Source: an uncultured Opitutaceae bacterium (GTDB lineage: Bacteria; Verrucomicrobiota; Verrucomicrobiia; Opitutales; Opitutaceae). From it: a stretch of DNA of 64,000 bases. A program made the translations under genes and the position numbers. Location: positions 79,248-143,247 of the forward strand of contig CAMTVI010000003.1 of assembly GCA_947085165.1 (NCBI GenBank), written 5' to 3'. Of this stretch, positions 29,347-37,986 are shown piece by piece (the first letter of the stretch is position 1; the number at the start of each line of letters is the position of its first letter). The notes beneath the pieces were generated by a model that did not search any database, was not told where the DNA came from, and saw only the letters and a program-made list of their open reading frames with translations.

Positions 29347-30548
29347 TTTTGGGGCAACGTGATTTCGCCGCTGGCAATCCGATGCAGAACGAGGGCGGCG
29401 ATTTGCGCGCGCGGAGCGATGGTGTCGACGCGGCAATGTTCGCGCTCGCTGTGGAGTTGATCGCCGATCGGGCCGAGGCCGTCGAGGTTGGGGAGACCGG
29501 CCGCGGTGAGGAAATTGCCATCGGAGGCACCGCCGCCATGCACCCACGTGAACGGCGCCACGCCGAGGTCGCGTGCGGCGCGTTGCCACTCAGGGAAGAG
29601 CACTTCTTCGGCGGGCAGGCATTCCTTGGGCGGGCGATTAAGGCCGCCGGTGAGTTCGATTTTCATGCCAGTGGTTTCATGCACATCGAAGGCAATGGCG
29701 TGCAGGCGTCCCCACAGCGCGGGCAAATCAGGCGCGCGCGTGATGCGGATGTCGAGTTCGGCGCTGGCGCGGTGGGGCACGACGTTGGTGGCCGCACTAC
29801 CGCCGCGAATATTGCCGACGTTGACGAGGACGCCCGGCAGTTCGCTCGGGATCTTGGCGGCGGCGAGGAGGAATTCCGCGAGACCGAGAATGGCGTTGCG
29901 GCCATCGTTGGGGATTTTCGCAGCGTGCGCGGCGCGTCCGTGGCAAATCGCGACGACCCCGCCGGTGCCCTTGCGCGAGTGGATGATGTCGCCGTTGGGC
30001 CGTGCGGGTTCGAAGACTAGGCCGAAGTGGCAGCGGTGCGCAGCGTCTTCGAGCAAGTGGCGGGTGCCGTGGGAGCCGGTTTCTTCGTCGGGGGTTAACA
30101 GGATTTCCCAGCCGACGTTGGCGGCGTGCGGGGTTTGCTCGAAGGCCTGCAGCGTGGCGAGGAGGGTGATGAGGCCGCCTTTCATGTCGGTGACGCCGGG
30201 GCCGTGAAGCGTGTTCGCATCAGGCCAAGCGCAGACTTGGAAGGAGTCGTCGGCTTCGTAAACGGTGTCGTAGTGACCGCAGAGAAAAAACTGCGTGGGT
30301 GCATCAGGACGCAGGCGCAACCGCAGTGCTTGCACGCCGGGCGGATTGAAACCTTCGGCATCGGCGGCGAGCGTTTCGCAAGCGGCATCAGGAAACGCGC
30401 GCGTGAATTCCTCGCGTAGCGCCTCGAGCATGCGGGCGAGTCCGGCGGCGTGGCCGGAGCCGGAATTGACGTTGGCCCATTGTTCGAGGAGGGCACCGAA
30501 TTCGGCGGTGCGCGACGCGAGTGCGACGATAGAGGAAGGCAAAGGCAT
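29343..30548 (-). CDS. M20 family metallopeptidase/hydrolase
   Basis: GHYDTV, GPGVTDMKGG, DEETGS, GRAAHA, GGASDGN and HS.RE. Confidence 0.88.
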   Translation of the reverse strand: MPLPSSIVALASRTAEFGALLEQWANVNSGSGHAAGLARMLEALREEFTRAFPDAACETLAADAEGFNPPGVQALRLRLRPDAPTQFFLCGHYDTVYEADDSFQVCAWPDANTLHGPGVTDMKGGLITLLATLQAFEQTPHAANVGWEILLTPDEETGSHGTRHLLEDAAHRCHFGLVFEPARPNGDIIHSRKGTGGVVAICHGRAAHAAKIPNDGRNAILGLAEFLLAAAKIPSELPGVLVNVGNIRGGSAATNVVPHRASAELDIRITRAPDLPALWGRLHAIAFDVHETTGMKIELTGGLNRPPKECLPAEEVLFPEWQRAARDLGVAPFTWVHGGGASDGNFLTAAGLPNLDGLGPIGDQLHSEREHCRVDTIAPRAQIAALVLHRIASGEITLPQK

Positions 30549-30559
30549 GAAGAAAATGA

Positions 30560-31561
30560 TTAAGGCGTGAACTTTGCGCCGCCGGGGAGTGTGACGCGTG
30601 GGGCGTCGGGGCCGTCGAGCCGGCGGAGGTTGTCGAGCGGTGCGTTTTCTAAGCGGAGAAATTTAAAACCGAGCAAGCGCGGTTTGCCGTGAGCGTCGCG
30701 CGACGCGAGCTCGGCGGTTTCGCGGGCGATGAAGTGAGCGAGCGATTCTTCGCGCACGGCGGGCTCGGCAGAGTGGATGATGCGCAACTCGCCGTCGGGG
30801 CCGTGCGCGACGAGTCCGATGTGACCGATCCACGCACTGCCGCCGAAGATCGGGTTGGCGGGTGCGTCAGGGCGAATAACACCGCGGACGATGTTGATCA
30901 AATCGCCATCGCGCACGTGCGGCGCGGCGAGTGCGACATCGGCGTAAGGAAGAAACGTGTCGCGGAATTCCTCAACGGGCAGTGTGACGGTGAGATGATA
31001 GCGATTCTTCAGGAAGCGGCCGCGATCGATTTTCGACGTGAAGACGGTGGCGCGGTCGCCGGCGATTTCGGCGGTGAGGTCGCGGGCGAGCCAGCGGTTG
31101 GAGGGATTCCAGTCGGCTTCGGTGAAGTGGTTGCGCGTGACGACGCCGAGTTGGCCGTCGCGGTAGCGGATGCGTTGCAGAAGGCGCATGAAACTCGGCC
31201 AGTCGCGGCTGAGCGACATGGCGAGCGTGTGTTCGGCGAAGACGACGCAATCGCTTTTGCCGAGCGAGTAGAGCGGTTGCGGATCGTGCGTTTCGAAGGG
31301 GAGTTCGCCGAGCAGGTAGAGTTCGTAGGGCTGGCCGATATTTTTGCGTGCGAGATGAACGATGCGGCGCCGCCAATCGGGTTCGCGGGCCTGCAAGTGC
31401 GCGAGGTAGCGATCAACTTCGGCTTCGGTGAACTGGTGCAGCGGTTTTGCTTCCAGTTCCGCCAGCGACGCGGGGGTGGCGGCGGTGAGACGCGGCGCGG
31501 TCAACGCGAGCGCGACGGCAATGGCACCGGAGAAAAAGTGAAAAGGAAATGGGCGGTTCAT
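30560..31561 (-). CDS. DUF1460 (NlpC/P60-like) N-acetylmuramoyl-L-alanine amidase, secreted
   Basis: GQPY, SDCVVFAE, IRYRDG...RNHFTEADW and GHIG..IIHS; signal peptide from MNRP. Confidence 0.8.
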   Translation of the reverse strand: MNRPFPFHFFSGAIAVALALTAPRLTAATPASLAELEAKPLHQFTEAEVDRYLAHLQAREPDWRRRIVHLARKNIGQPYELYLLGELPFETHDPQPLYSLGKSDCVVFAEHTLAMSLSRDWPSFMRLLQRIRYRDGQLGVVTRNHFTEADWNPSNRWLARDLTAEIAGDRATVFTSKIDRGRFLKNRYHLTVTLPVEEFRDTFLPYADVALAAPHVRDGDLINIVRGVIRPDAPANPIFGGSAWIGHIGLVAHGPDGELRIIHSAEPAVREESLAHFIARETAELASRDAHGKPRLLGFKFLRLENAPLDNLRRLDGPDAPRVTLPGGAKFTP

Positions 31562-31581
31562 TCGCCATGGGCCGAAATGGA

Positions 31582-31650
31582 GGAGCTTGCTTGCAAGCGA
31601 TTCAGGTCTTTCCGGCGGCGTGAATCCCGAATCGCTTGCAAGCCAGCTCC
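31582..31650. repeat. REPIN-like inverted doublet (22-bp arms, family B)
   Basis: GGAGCTTGCTTGCAAGCGATTC ...25 nt... GAATCGCTTGCAAGCCAGCTCC, one mismatch between arms. Confidence 0.7.
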
Positions 31651-31707
31651 CGCAAATACGAGGTATCATATCGGATGCAGTCAGCTTGATCATTTCGGAC
31701 GAGAGAT

Positions 31708-31738
31708 AAAAAAGGGCGATCCGGGAAGGGATCGCCCT
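31708..31738 (-). terminator. Intrinsic terminator after the TonB-dependent receptor
   Basis: AGGGCGATCC/GGATCGCCCT stem with a U-tract on the minus strand. Confidence 0.8.
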
Positions 31739-31769
31739 GCAGAGTGGACGCGCGGGGCGCGGAGCCGGT

Positions 31770-34691
31770 TTAGAAGAATTTGTATTCGACTTGGAGCGTG
31801 AAGGCGCGACCACGTGGGTCGGCGACGCGCGGTTCCCAGCTGCTGCCGGCACCGGTGTTGGTGTCGTAAGCGACGGAGAACGGTGGGTCCTGGTTGAAGA
31901 GGTTCTTGATGCCGGCGATCACCGTGATGTCTTTGTTCCAGCGGTAGGTCAGGCTGGCGTTGTAGGTGATGTAGGCGTCGACGTTTGGCTTCCACAGCGG
32001 AGGGACCACGGTGCCGTTGGCGACGCCGGGGGCGACGTAGTCGATGTAACCGGCGCGGTAGAGTTGGCTGACGCGACCGGTCCATTTGCCTTGGCGGTAG
32101 GAAACCGCGGCGGTGTATTTCCATTTCAGGCCGATATCGCTGGCGCGGGTGAAGCGACCGACTTCGCTGGTGCCCCAAGCAGCCGAGGGAACGAGACGGG
32201 ACTTCTTCTCGAGCAAGCGGGAGACGTTGAAGTCGGCGGTGAGCTTACCATTGAGCACGTCGAAATCGCCGCGGCCGCCGAATTCGATGCCCTTGGTGGA
32301 GGTTTCACCGGCGTTGATCCAGCGATTGTCGATCGCCGTGATGACGTTCGAGCCGTTGCGGATGATCGCGCTGGGGAACAGCGTGTGGTTCGCGAGGATC
32401 GTGGTCGGGCCGATGATGAGGATGGTGCCATCGCGAGTAATCGACCACCAATCGGCATTGAGGGTGATGTTTTTGATTGGGGAGATGACAACACCGGCGG
32501 ACATCATGGAGGCCTCTTCGGGGTTGAGGTTACTTTTACCGCCCGAGCGAATCTGAATGCTGTTGGGCGGGATAAGAATGCCGGTAGCCGGGTCGGTGAG
32601 ATCGGCGCCGGCGTAGATGCTTTCGGTGACCGGATCGAATTGTTGCTTGAAGGTCGGGACGCGGAACCCGGTGCTGTAAGAACTGCGGAAGAGGATTTGT
32701 TCCGTCGGGGAGAAGCGGAGGGTGATCTTCGGATTGGTCGTGCTGCCGAAGCCGGTGTATTGGTCGCGGCGGGCGGCGAGGTTGAGGTCGAGGCCCTTCC
32801 AGAGCGGAACCTGCAACTCGGCGAACACAGCCTTGATATCGCGGCTGAGCGTGCCGGCCGTAGCGAGGGCGTTGTCAAATGGTGCGTTGAAGATCAGGGA
32901 GGCGGCGGTGCCGATATCGGTGCGTTGGTCGCCCTTGAATTCATAGGCTTCTTTGCGGAAATCGAAACCGACGGCACCCTGCATTGTGCCGTGGGGCATA
33001 TTCCAAAGTGGGCCGGCGGCGGCGAAATCGAATTGGGTCGTCGTGAAAGTGCCGCCGTAGAGCGTGACACCCGCAGCCGAGGCGGCGGCGAGCTGTTGCA
33101 TCGCGGCGTCAGTTTGCGTGTAGGAGAACGGATTAAGCACGCCGGTGTTGATCAAATTAGCGAAGGGCACGGTGTAGTAATAACCGGTGAGCAACTTGGA
33201 TTTGCTTTCGCTCTCGGCGCGGGAGACGCCGGTGCGGTATTCCCAGTCTTCGAGGAAGCCGAGCTTGCCTTCCAGCGCGAAGAGGAGGCGGCGGGTATCG
33301 CTGACGGTGTTGATCTCGCGGTTGCCGCCGGGGAGCGCGCGCCAACGGAAGGCCATCGGCAGGCCGCGATTGGGGGCAAGGGCTGGGAAGTAGGCGACGA
33401 GGGCGTTAAAGACGCGCGTGTAATCAGCGCCGGTGCTTGGGTAGGCGAGATTGTAGAACGGATTCGGAACCGACGTGCCATTGGCGGTCGTGGTGTTAAG
33501 AGCCGTCGAGCTGGTAATTTGGTTGGGCGAGAAACTCTTGGTCGAATCCGAGCGACCGATTACGGCTTCAACGGTGACGACGTGCTCGCCGAGCTTGGCG
33601 GAGCCACGGGCAACAAAATTAGTATTCTTAACGGGTTGCTGGAGGACGGCAGCGCGACCGGTGTCCCAGGCAGAACCGTATTTCGAGGAAGCGGCGGCCC
33701 AGAGCTTTTCGTCGTAGGGGCCCATGCCATCTAAACCAGCGTAACCGGCTGTGTTGGTCGGCAGATCGATGATGTTGATGCCGTTCACGAGAAGTGTGGT
33801 GGTTGAGGCCGGGTCTTGCGGGCCGGCGGCGCGACCCGTGGTGTTAATGTTGTCGCGACTGAGAGCGCTGTAGAGCGAACTGATGGCAAAGAGAGTCGCA
33901 ATCGGGGTTCCGCGGGTGTCGGGCGAGAGGCCACGCTCGGGCTGGAACGTGTTGACGAAGTCGCGTTGGTCACCGCGGAGCATTTCGTGCTCGGATCTGG
34001 CGAGCGAAGCCATGAAGTTCCACTTGTCGGTGTTAAGGTCGCCCCAACCGCCGACGAGCGAGTAGCGGTGGATGTTGCCGCCGCCGTCTTGCGTGACGTC
34101 GGTGGCTGCGGTGGCGATGAGACCTTGGAAATCGCGACGCGTGATGAAGTTGATCACGCCGCCGATGGCATCGGTGCCGTAGGTGGCGGACGCGCCGTCC
34201 TTCAGGATTTCGACACGCTCAATTGCGGCAAACGGGATCGAATTGAGATCGACCGTGCCGCCGTTCAAGCCGTGCGAGGCGATGCGGCGACCGTTGAGGA
34301 GAATCAGCGTGGCGTTGGAGCCCTGGCCGCGCAAATTCGCGGAGGTGGCGCCGTTGTTGCCGCGTTGCGCACCAGCGACGACGTCGGCGTTGCCCGCGAG
34401 ATTGTCGAGACCGTTGCCGTTGATGTTGAGGTTGGCGATCAACTGCTCGGCGCTGGCGATGCCTTCCTGCGCGAGGTCGAGGCGGGTCAGCACTTGCATG
34501 GGCAGCGCGCCTTCGTCGGCGACGCGTTTAATCATCGATCCGGTGACGATGAATTTTTCCAACTTCACAGAGGAGTCTTTATCGGAGTCCTTCGCCGCGG
34601 AGGCCAACTGGCCTGACGCGGAAGGGAGAATAGTGGCGGCGGAAATCGCCACAACCGAGAGATAACGGTTCCACAGTTGACGGGTGTTCAT
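31770..34691 (-). CDS. TonB-dependent receptor
   Basis: TonB-box-like FIVTGS; plug motifs NLRG.G...TL.LLNGRR and IERVEILKDGASATYG.DAIGGVINFIT; C-terminal GR...L.VEYKFF. Confidence 0.93.
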   Translation of the reverse strand: MNTRQLWNRYLSVVAISAATILPSASGQLASAAKDSDKDSSVKLEKFIVTGSMIKRVADEGALPMQVLTRLDLAQEGIASAEQLIANLNINGNGLDNLAGNADVVAGAQRGNNGATSANLRGQGSNATLILLNGRRIASHGLNGGTVDLNSIPFAAIERVEILKDGASATYGTDAIGGVINFITRRDFQGLIATAATDVTQDGGGNIHRYSLVGGWGDLNTDKWNFMASLARSEHEMLRGDQRDFVNTFQPERGLSPDTRGTPIATLFAISSLYSALSRDNINTTGRAAGPQDPASTTTLLVNGINIIDLPTNTAGYAGLDGMGPYDEKLWAAASSKYGSAWDTGRAAVLQQPVKNTNFVARGSAKLGEHVVTVEAVIGRSDSTKSFSPNQITSSTALNTTTANGTSVPNPFYNLAYPSTGADYTRVFNALVAYFPALAPNRGLPMAFRWRALPGGNREINTVSDTRRLLFALEGKLGFLEDWEYRTGVSRAESESKSKLLTGYYYTVPFANLINTGVLNPFSYTQTDAAMQQLAAASAAGVTLYGGTFTTTQFDFAAAGPLWNMPHGTMQGAVGFDFRKEAYEFKGDQRTDIGTAASLIFNAPFDNALATAGTLSRDIKAVFAELQVPLWKGLDLNLAARRDQYTGFGSTTNPKITLRFSPTEQILFRSSYSTGFRVPTFKQQFDPVTESIYAGADLTDPATGILIPPNSIQIRSGGKSNLNPEEASMMSAGVVISPIKNITLNADWWSITRDGTILIIGPTTILANHTLFPSAIIRNGSNVITAIDNRWINAGETSTKGIEFGGRGDFDVLNGKLTADFNVSRLLEKKSRLVPSAAWGTSEVGRFTRASDIGLKWKYTAAVSYRQGKWTGRVSQLYRAGYIDYVAPGVANGTVVPPLWKPNVDAYITYNASLTYRWNKDITVIAGIKNLFNQDPPFSVAYDTNTGAGSSWEPRVADPRGRAFTLQVEYKFF

Positions 34692-34885
34692 ACGGGTTTG
34701 GTATTGGCGGGGTATTCTTCTGGCGAAGGGCGCCAGGAGGGATGTAGGTGAGCGCGGGATGCGGGTTCCGCTACTCAACCATATTAGGTGGGCGCAACTT
34801 AGCTCAAGCGGCGCGGTGTCCAAGCCGAAAGCGCGGGCGCGTCGCACGCCGCACGCATGCTCTCTATGAAACCCACTCGCAGTTA

Positions 34886-34920
34886 GCATTTTCGTCAAAA
34901 AATTCATCATTTCTGCCAAT
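34886..34920. promoter_or_regulatory. Putative AraC operator, copy 1 (upstream of the TBDR)
   Basis: GCATTTTCGTCAAAAA identical to 35855..35870; two half-sites 21 bp apart. Confidence 0.6.
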
Positions 34921-34952
34921 CGCACCGGGGCCCTTAAACGCCCGGTCGATCG

Positions 34953-35858
34953 TCACGCGCGGATCCGCGAGCGGGCCTTGGTCTTCCCCGGCGCGACTTT
35001 TCCGCTGTGACGATAAGTCAGCGGCGAGACGCCGTAGGACAACCGGAAGGCGCGACTGAAACTGTAGATCGACGCGAACCCGCACTGCTCGGCGACTTCC
35101 GAAACGCGTTGAGGACCGAGTCGCAGCAGGCCGCACGCTTGTTCGAGGCGCAACCGCCGCAAGTGGCGACCGATACTGACGCCGCACGACGCGCGAAACC
35201 GCGCCCGCAAATGACTCGGGCTGATGCCGAGCGATTGAGAGAGTTCTTTGATCCCCGGCGGAGTGCCGCTGCGTTGCGCGAGTTGGTTGATGCGCAAGAT
35301 CAGCCCCGGCACGGCTTCCTGCGCATGCGCGTTGGCGGGCGCAGGCATCTTGAGTCGGCGCAAGCGCGCCAGGAACAACGCCAGTAACAGCACCGGCATT
35401 TCCTCGGTGCGCTCGGTTTCGTAGGCCTCGACCAACTCCGCCGCGAGCGCGAGCAGCGGCGGTTTGAGTTCGAATGGGCGATACCGCAACGCCGCGAGTG
35501 TCTCCACGTCCGTCAGCGAAAACGTCACGAACAACCACGAGAGCGACTCATTTGCCGGCGCGCTGTAGTGGTGAAATTGAAAAGGAAAAACCAACAGCCC
35601 TTCGCCGGAGCGCAGCCGGATTTCGCTATCATCCACGCACACCGTGACCGCCGTGCGCAGCGCGCAAATCAACACGAAGCGATGGTGCAACGCGCGTCCG
35701 CGCCGCGGGCGATTGAGGTCGGCCGCCGCCTTGCGCTGGAAGCACACGATGTTTTCCGGCAGGAGCAACGGCGCCGCGGGACGCCCCAGCAATTGATAAC
35801 CCGGTTGCGGCAAGCGAGCAACGAGTTCGCGGAGAGGGGGCTTGGGCGCGGCTGGCAT
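34953..35858 (-). CDS. AraC family transcriptional regulator
   Basis: Cupin N-domain; ISPSHLRARF and VSEVAEQCGFASIYSFSRAF..YGVSP..YR. Start 35858 or 35873. Confidence 0.9.
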   Translation of the reverse strand: MPAAPKPPLRELVARLPQPGYQLLGRPAAPLLLPENIVCFQRKAAADLNRPRRGRALHHRFVLICALRTAVTVCVDDSEIRLRSGEGLLVFPFQFHHYSAPANESLSWLFVTFSLTDVETLAALRYRPFELKPPLLALAAELVEAYETERTEEMPVLLLALFLARLRRLKMPAPANAHAQEAVPGLILRINQLAQRSGTPPGIKELSQSLGISPSHLRARFRASCGVSIGRHLRRLRLEQACGLLRLGPQRVSEVAEQCGFASIYSFSRAFRLSYGVSPLTYRHSGKVAPGKTKARSRIRA

Positions 35859-35889
35859 TTTCGTCAAAAACATCGTCGTTTTTGCTATT
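35855..35889. promoter_or_regulatory. Putative AraC operator, copy 2 (araC start / nagB upstream region)
   Basis: Same 16-bp core and 21-bp half-site spacing as 34886..34920. Confidence 0.6.
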
Positions 35890-35960
35890 TGAGACCCGCG
35901 CCGCGAGCTTTAAGATGAACGCTGCCCCGCGTTGCTCCAGTTGCGCGCCGCAAAACACCG

Positions 35961-36782
35961 ATGAATCCGCCTCCATTACCGCTCGATTCCCGCCGCGACC
36001 CCCGCGGTGCGGTGTTGGTTTTTGATCACCGCGACCCCGCGGTGCAGGCCATCGCGGCCGAGATTGCCGCGCTGATTCGCGAGCGGGCGCGGGCGGGCCG
36101 CGCTTGCGCGCTCGGGCTCGCCACCGGTTCGACGCCGCGCGGCCTTTATGCGGAATTGGTGCGGTTGCATCGCGAGGAGGCGTTGAGCTTTGGCAACGTC
36201 ACGACCTTCAACCTCGACGAGTATTACCCGCTCCCGCCGGAGCACGTGCTAAGTTACCGCCATTACATGCGCACGGAGTTGTTTGATCACGTCGATCTCG
36301 CGCCGGAGCGCACGCATTTGCCGTCGGGCACGGTGGCGGAAGCAGACGTCGCGGCGCACTGCGAGAATTACGAGGCGACGATTCGCGCTGCGGGCGGCAT
36401 TGACCTGCAAATCCTTGGCATCGGCCGCAACGGGCACATCGGTTTCAACGAACCCGGCAGCCCGCGCGAGTCGCGCACGCGGCTGGTCTCGCTTGATCCG
36501 CTCACGCGCGGTGACGCGGTCGCCGACTGGGGCGACACGGCGCCGCCGCGACACGCGTTGACCATGGGGGTGCAAACCATCCTCGCCGCGCGCCGCATTG
36601 TGATGCTCGCGTGGGGCGAGGGCAAAGCCGACATCGTGCGCGCCGCCGTAGAAGGCGAGGTAACCGCGCAAGTTCCCGCGTCGTTTTTGCAGGAGCATCC
36701 AAATGCTCAATTCGTGCTCGATACGGCCGCGGGCAGCGCGCTGACACGTCTGCCTATCAGGTGGGGCGAACCCTCCGGGTGA
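35961..36782 (+). CDS. nagB: Glucosamine-6-phosphate deaminase
   Basis: LGLATGSTP, TFNLDEY, LGIG.NGHIGFNEPG and PASFLQ.H. Confidence 0.93.
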   Translation: MNPPPLPLDSRRDPRGAVLVFDHRDPAVQAIAAEIAALIRERARAGRACALGLATGSTPRGLYAELVRLHREEALSFGNVTTFNLDEYYPLPPEHVLSYRHYMRTELFDHVDLAPERTHLPSGTVAEADVAAHCENYEATIRAAGGIDLQILGIGRNGHIGFNEPGSPRESRTRLVSLDPLTRGDAVADWGDTAPPRHALTMGVQTILAARRIVMLAWGEGKADIVRAAVEGEVTAQVPASFLQEHPNAQFVLDTAAGSALTRLPIRWGEPSG

Positions 36783-36834
36783 GCCGCAGCGAGGAGTGGC
36801 TCCTCGCCCTGTCGGCGGTCCATTGCGCTCGCCT

Positions 36835-37986
36835 TTAAATCCGCACAAACCAACGCCGCCGCCACATCGCCCAACCGACGGCCAAGTGCACCAGCACAAA
36901 CGCCACCGCGAAAAGCAACGAGGCGTTGAGCGGATTCGCGAGTGGCACAAACGCGTTTTGGTAGATAAATCCTTTCAAATTCACGCGCGCGCCGTCAGCA
37001 GCAGTCCATTTCACGAAGTTCAGTGTTTTCGCCACCAGCCCCGCGAGCACGAAGATCACGATCGCGTTCATGCCGTAGATGACGAACGGCGTCGCCCACC
37101 GCCGCAGTCCGCGCACGTCGATCAGCCAATAACACGCCGCCAGCAACGTCATCGCCCACCCCGCCATGAATACGGTGTAGGAACTCGTCCAAAGATTTTT
37201 GTTAATCGGCAACCAGCGGTCCCACGCCGCGCCAAGCGCGAGCAACACGACTCCGCCGAACAACAGTCCCGCCGCCTTGCGCGCCGCCGAATGAGGCGTG
37301 CGCAACCAGTGTCCCGTCAACACGCCGAGGAGCGTCGTCGCAATCGCGGGCAGCGTGGACAAAATTCCCTCCGGATCAAATCCCGCCACCGGCGCGCCCA
37401 ACCACGTGTGACCGGCGAGCAAATGCGCATCGATCCACCCGGGCAAGTTGCCCACCAATTCGAGTCCGCCCGCGCCATGTCCCGGCACCGGCACCCACGC
37501 CAGCGCCGCCCAATAGCCCGCGAGCAACGCCACGACCCACGCGATTTGCCCGCGCGGCCCGGTGCGCAGAAAAATCATTCCGACCGCGAGGTAACACAAC
37601 GCGATGCGTTGCAACACGCCGGGCCAACGCAGCGTTGCCCACGAAAATTGATGCGCGGGCAATAACCCGAACGGAAACGCCGCCAGCAACAGCCCGAGTC
37701 CGAAAATAATCACGGAGCGTCGCAGCACATGACGGCGCAACTCATCCGCGTTACTCCCCTGCTCTTGCCGCCGCGCAAACGAGAGCGTGAGCGAGACGCC
37801 CATGATCCACAGAAAACACGGAAACACCAAATCCGTCGCCGTCCAACCGTGCCACGGCGCGTGTTGCAATGGCGCGTAAATCGTCCGCCACGAACCCGGA
37901 TTGTTCACCAACAACATCCCGGCAATCGTCGCGCCGCGAAACGCGTCGAGCGAAACCAGTCGGTCGGTGGCGGCGGGAGCGCTCAC
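36835..37986 (-). CDS. HGSNAT/NagX-like membrane N-acetyltransferase family protein
   Basis: RLVSLDAFRG, LVNNPG, H..WHG.T.TDLVFP, GVLQRI, DPEG.LS and PINKNLWTSS. Confidence 0.88.
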   Translation of the reverse strand: MSAPAATDRLVSLDAFRGATIAGMLLVNNPGSWRTIYAPLQHAPWHGWTATDLVFPCFLWIMGVSLTLSFARRQEQGSNADELRRHVLRRSVIIFGLGLLLAAFPFGLLPAHQFSWATLRWPGVLQRIALCYLAVGMIFLRTGPRGQIAWVVALLAGYWAALAWVPVPGHGAGGLELVGNLPGWIDAHLLAGHTWLGAPVAGFDPEGILSTLPAIATTLLGVLTGHWLRTPHSAARKAAGLLFGGVVLLALGAAWDRWLPINKNLWTSSYTVFMAGWAMTLLAACYWLIDVRGLRRWATPFVIYGMNAIVIFVLAGLVAKTLNFVKWTAADGARVNLKGFIYQNAFVPLANPLNASLLFAVAFVLVHLAVGWAMWRRRWFVRI

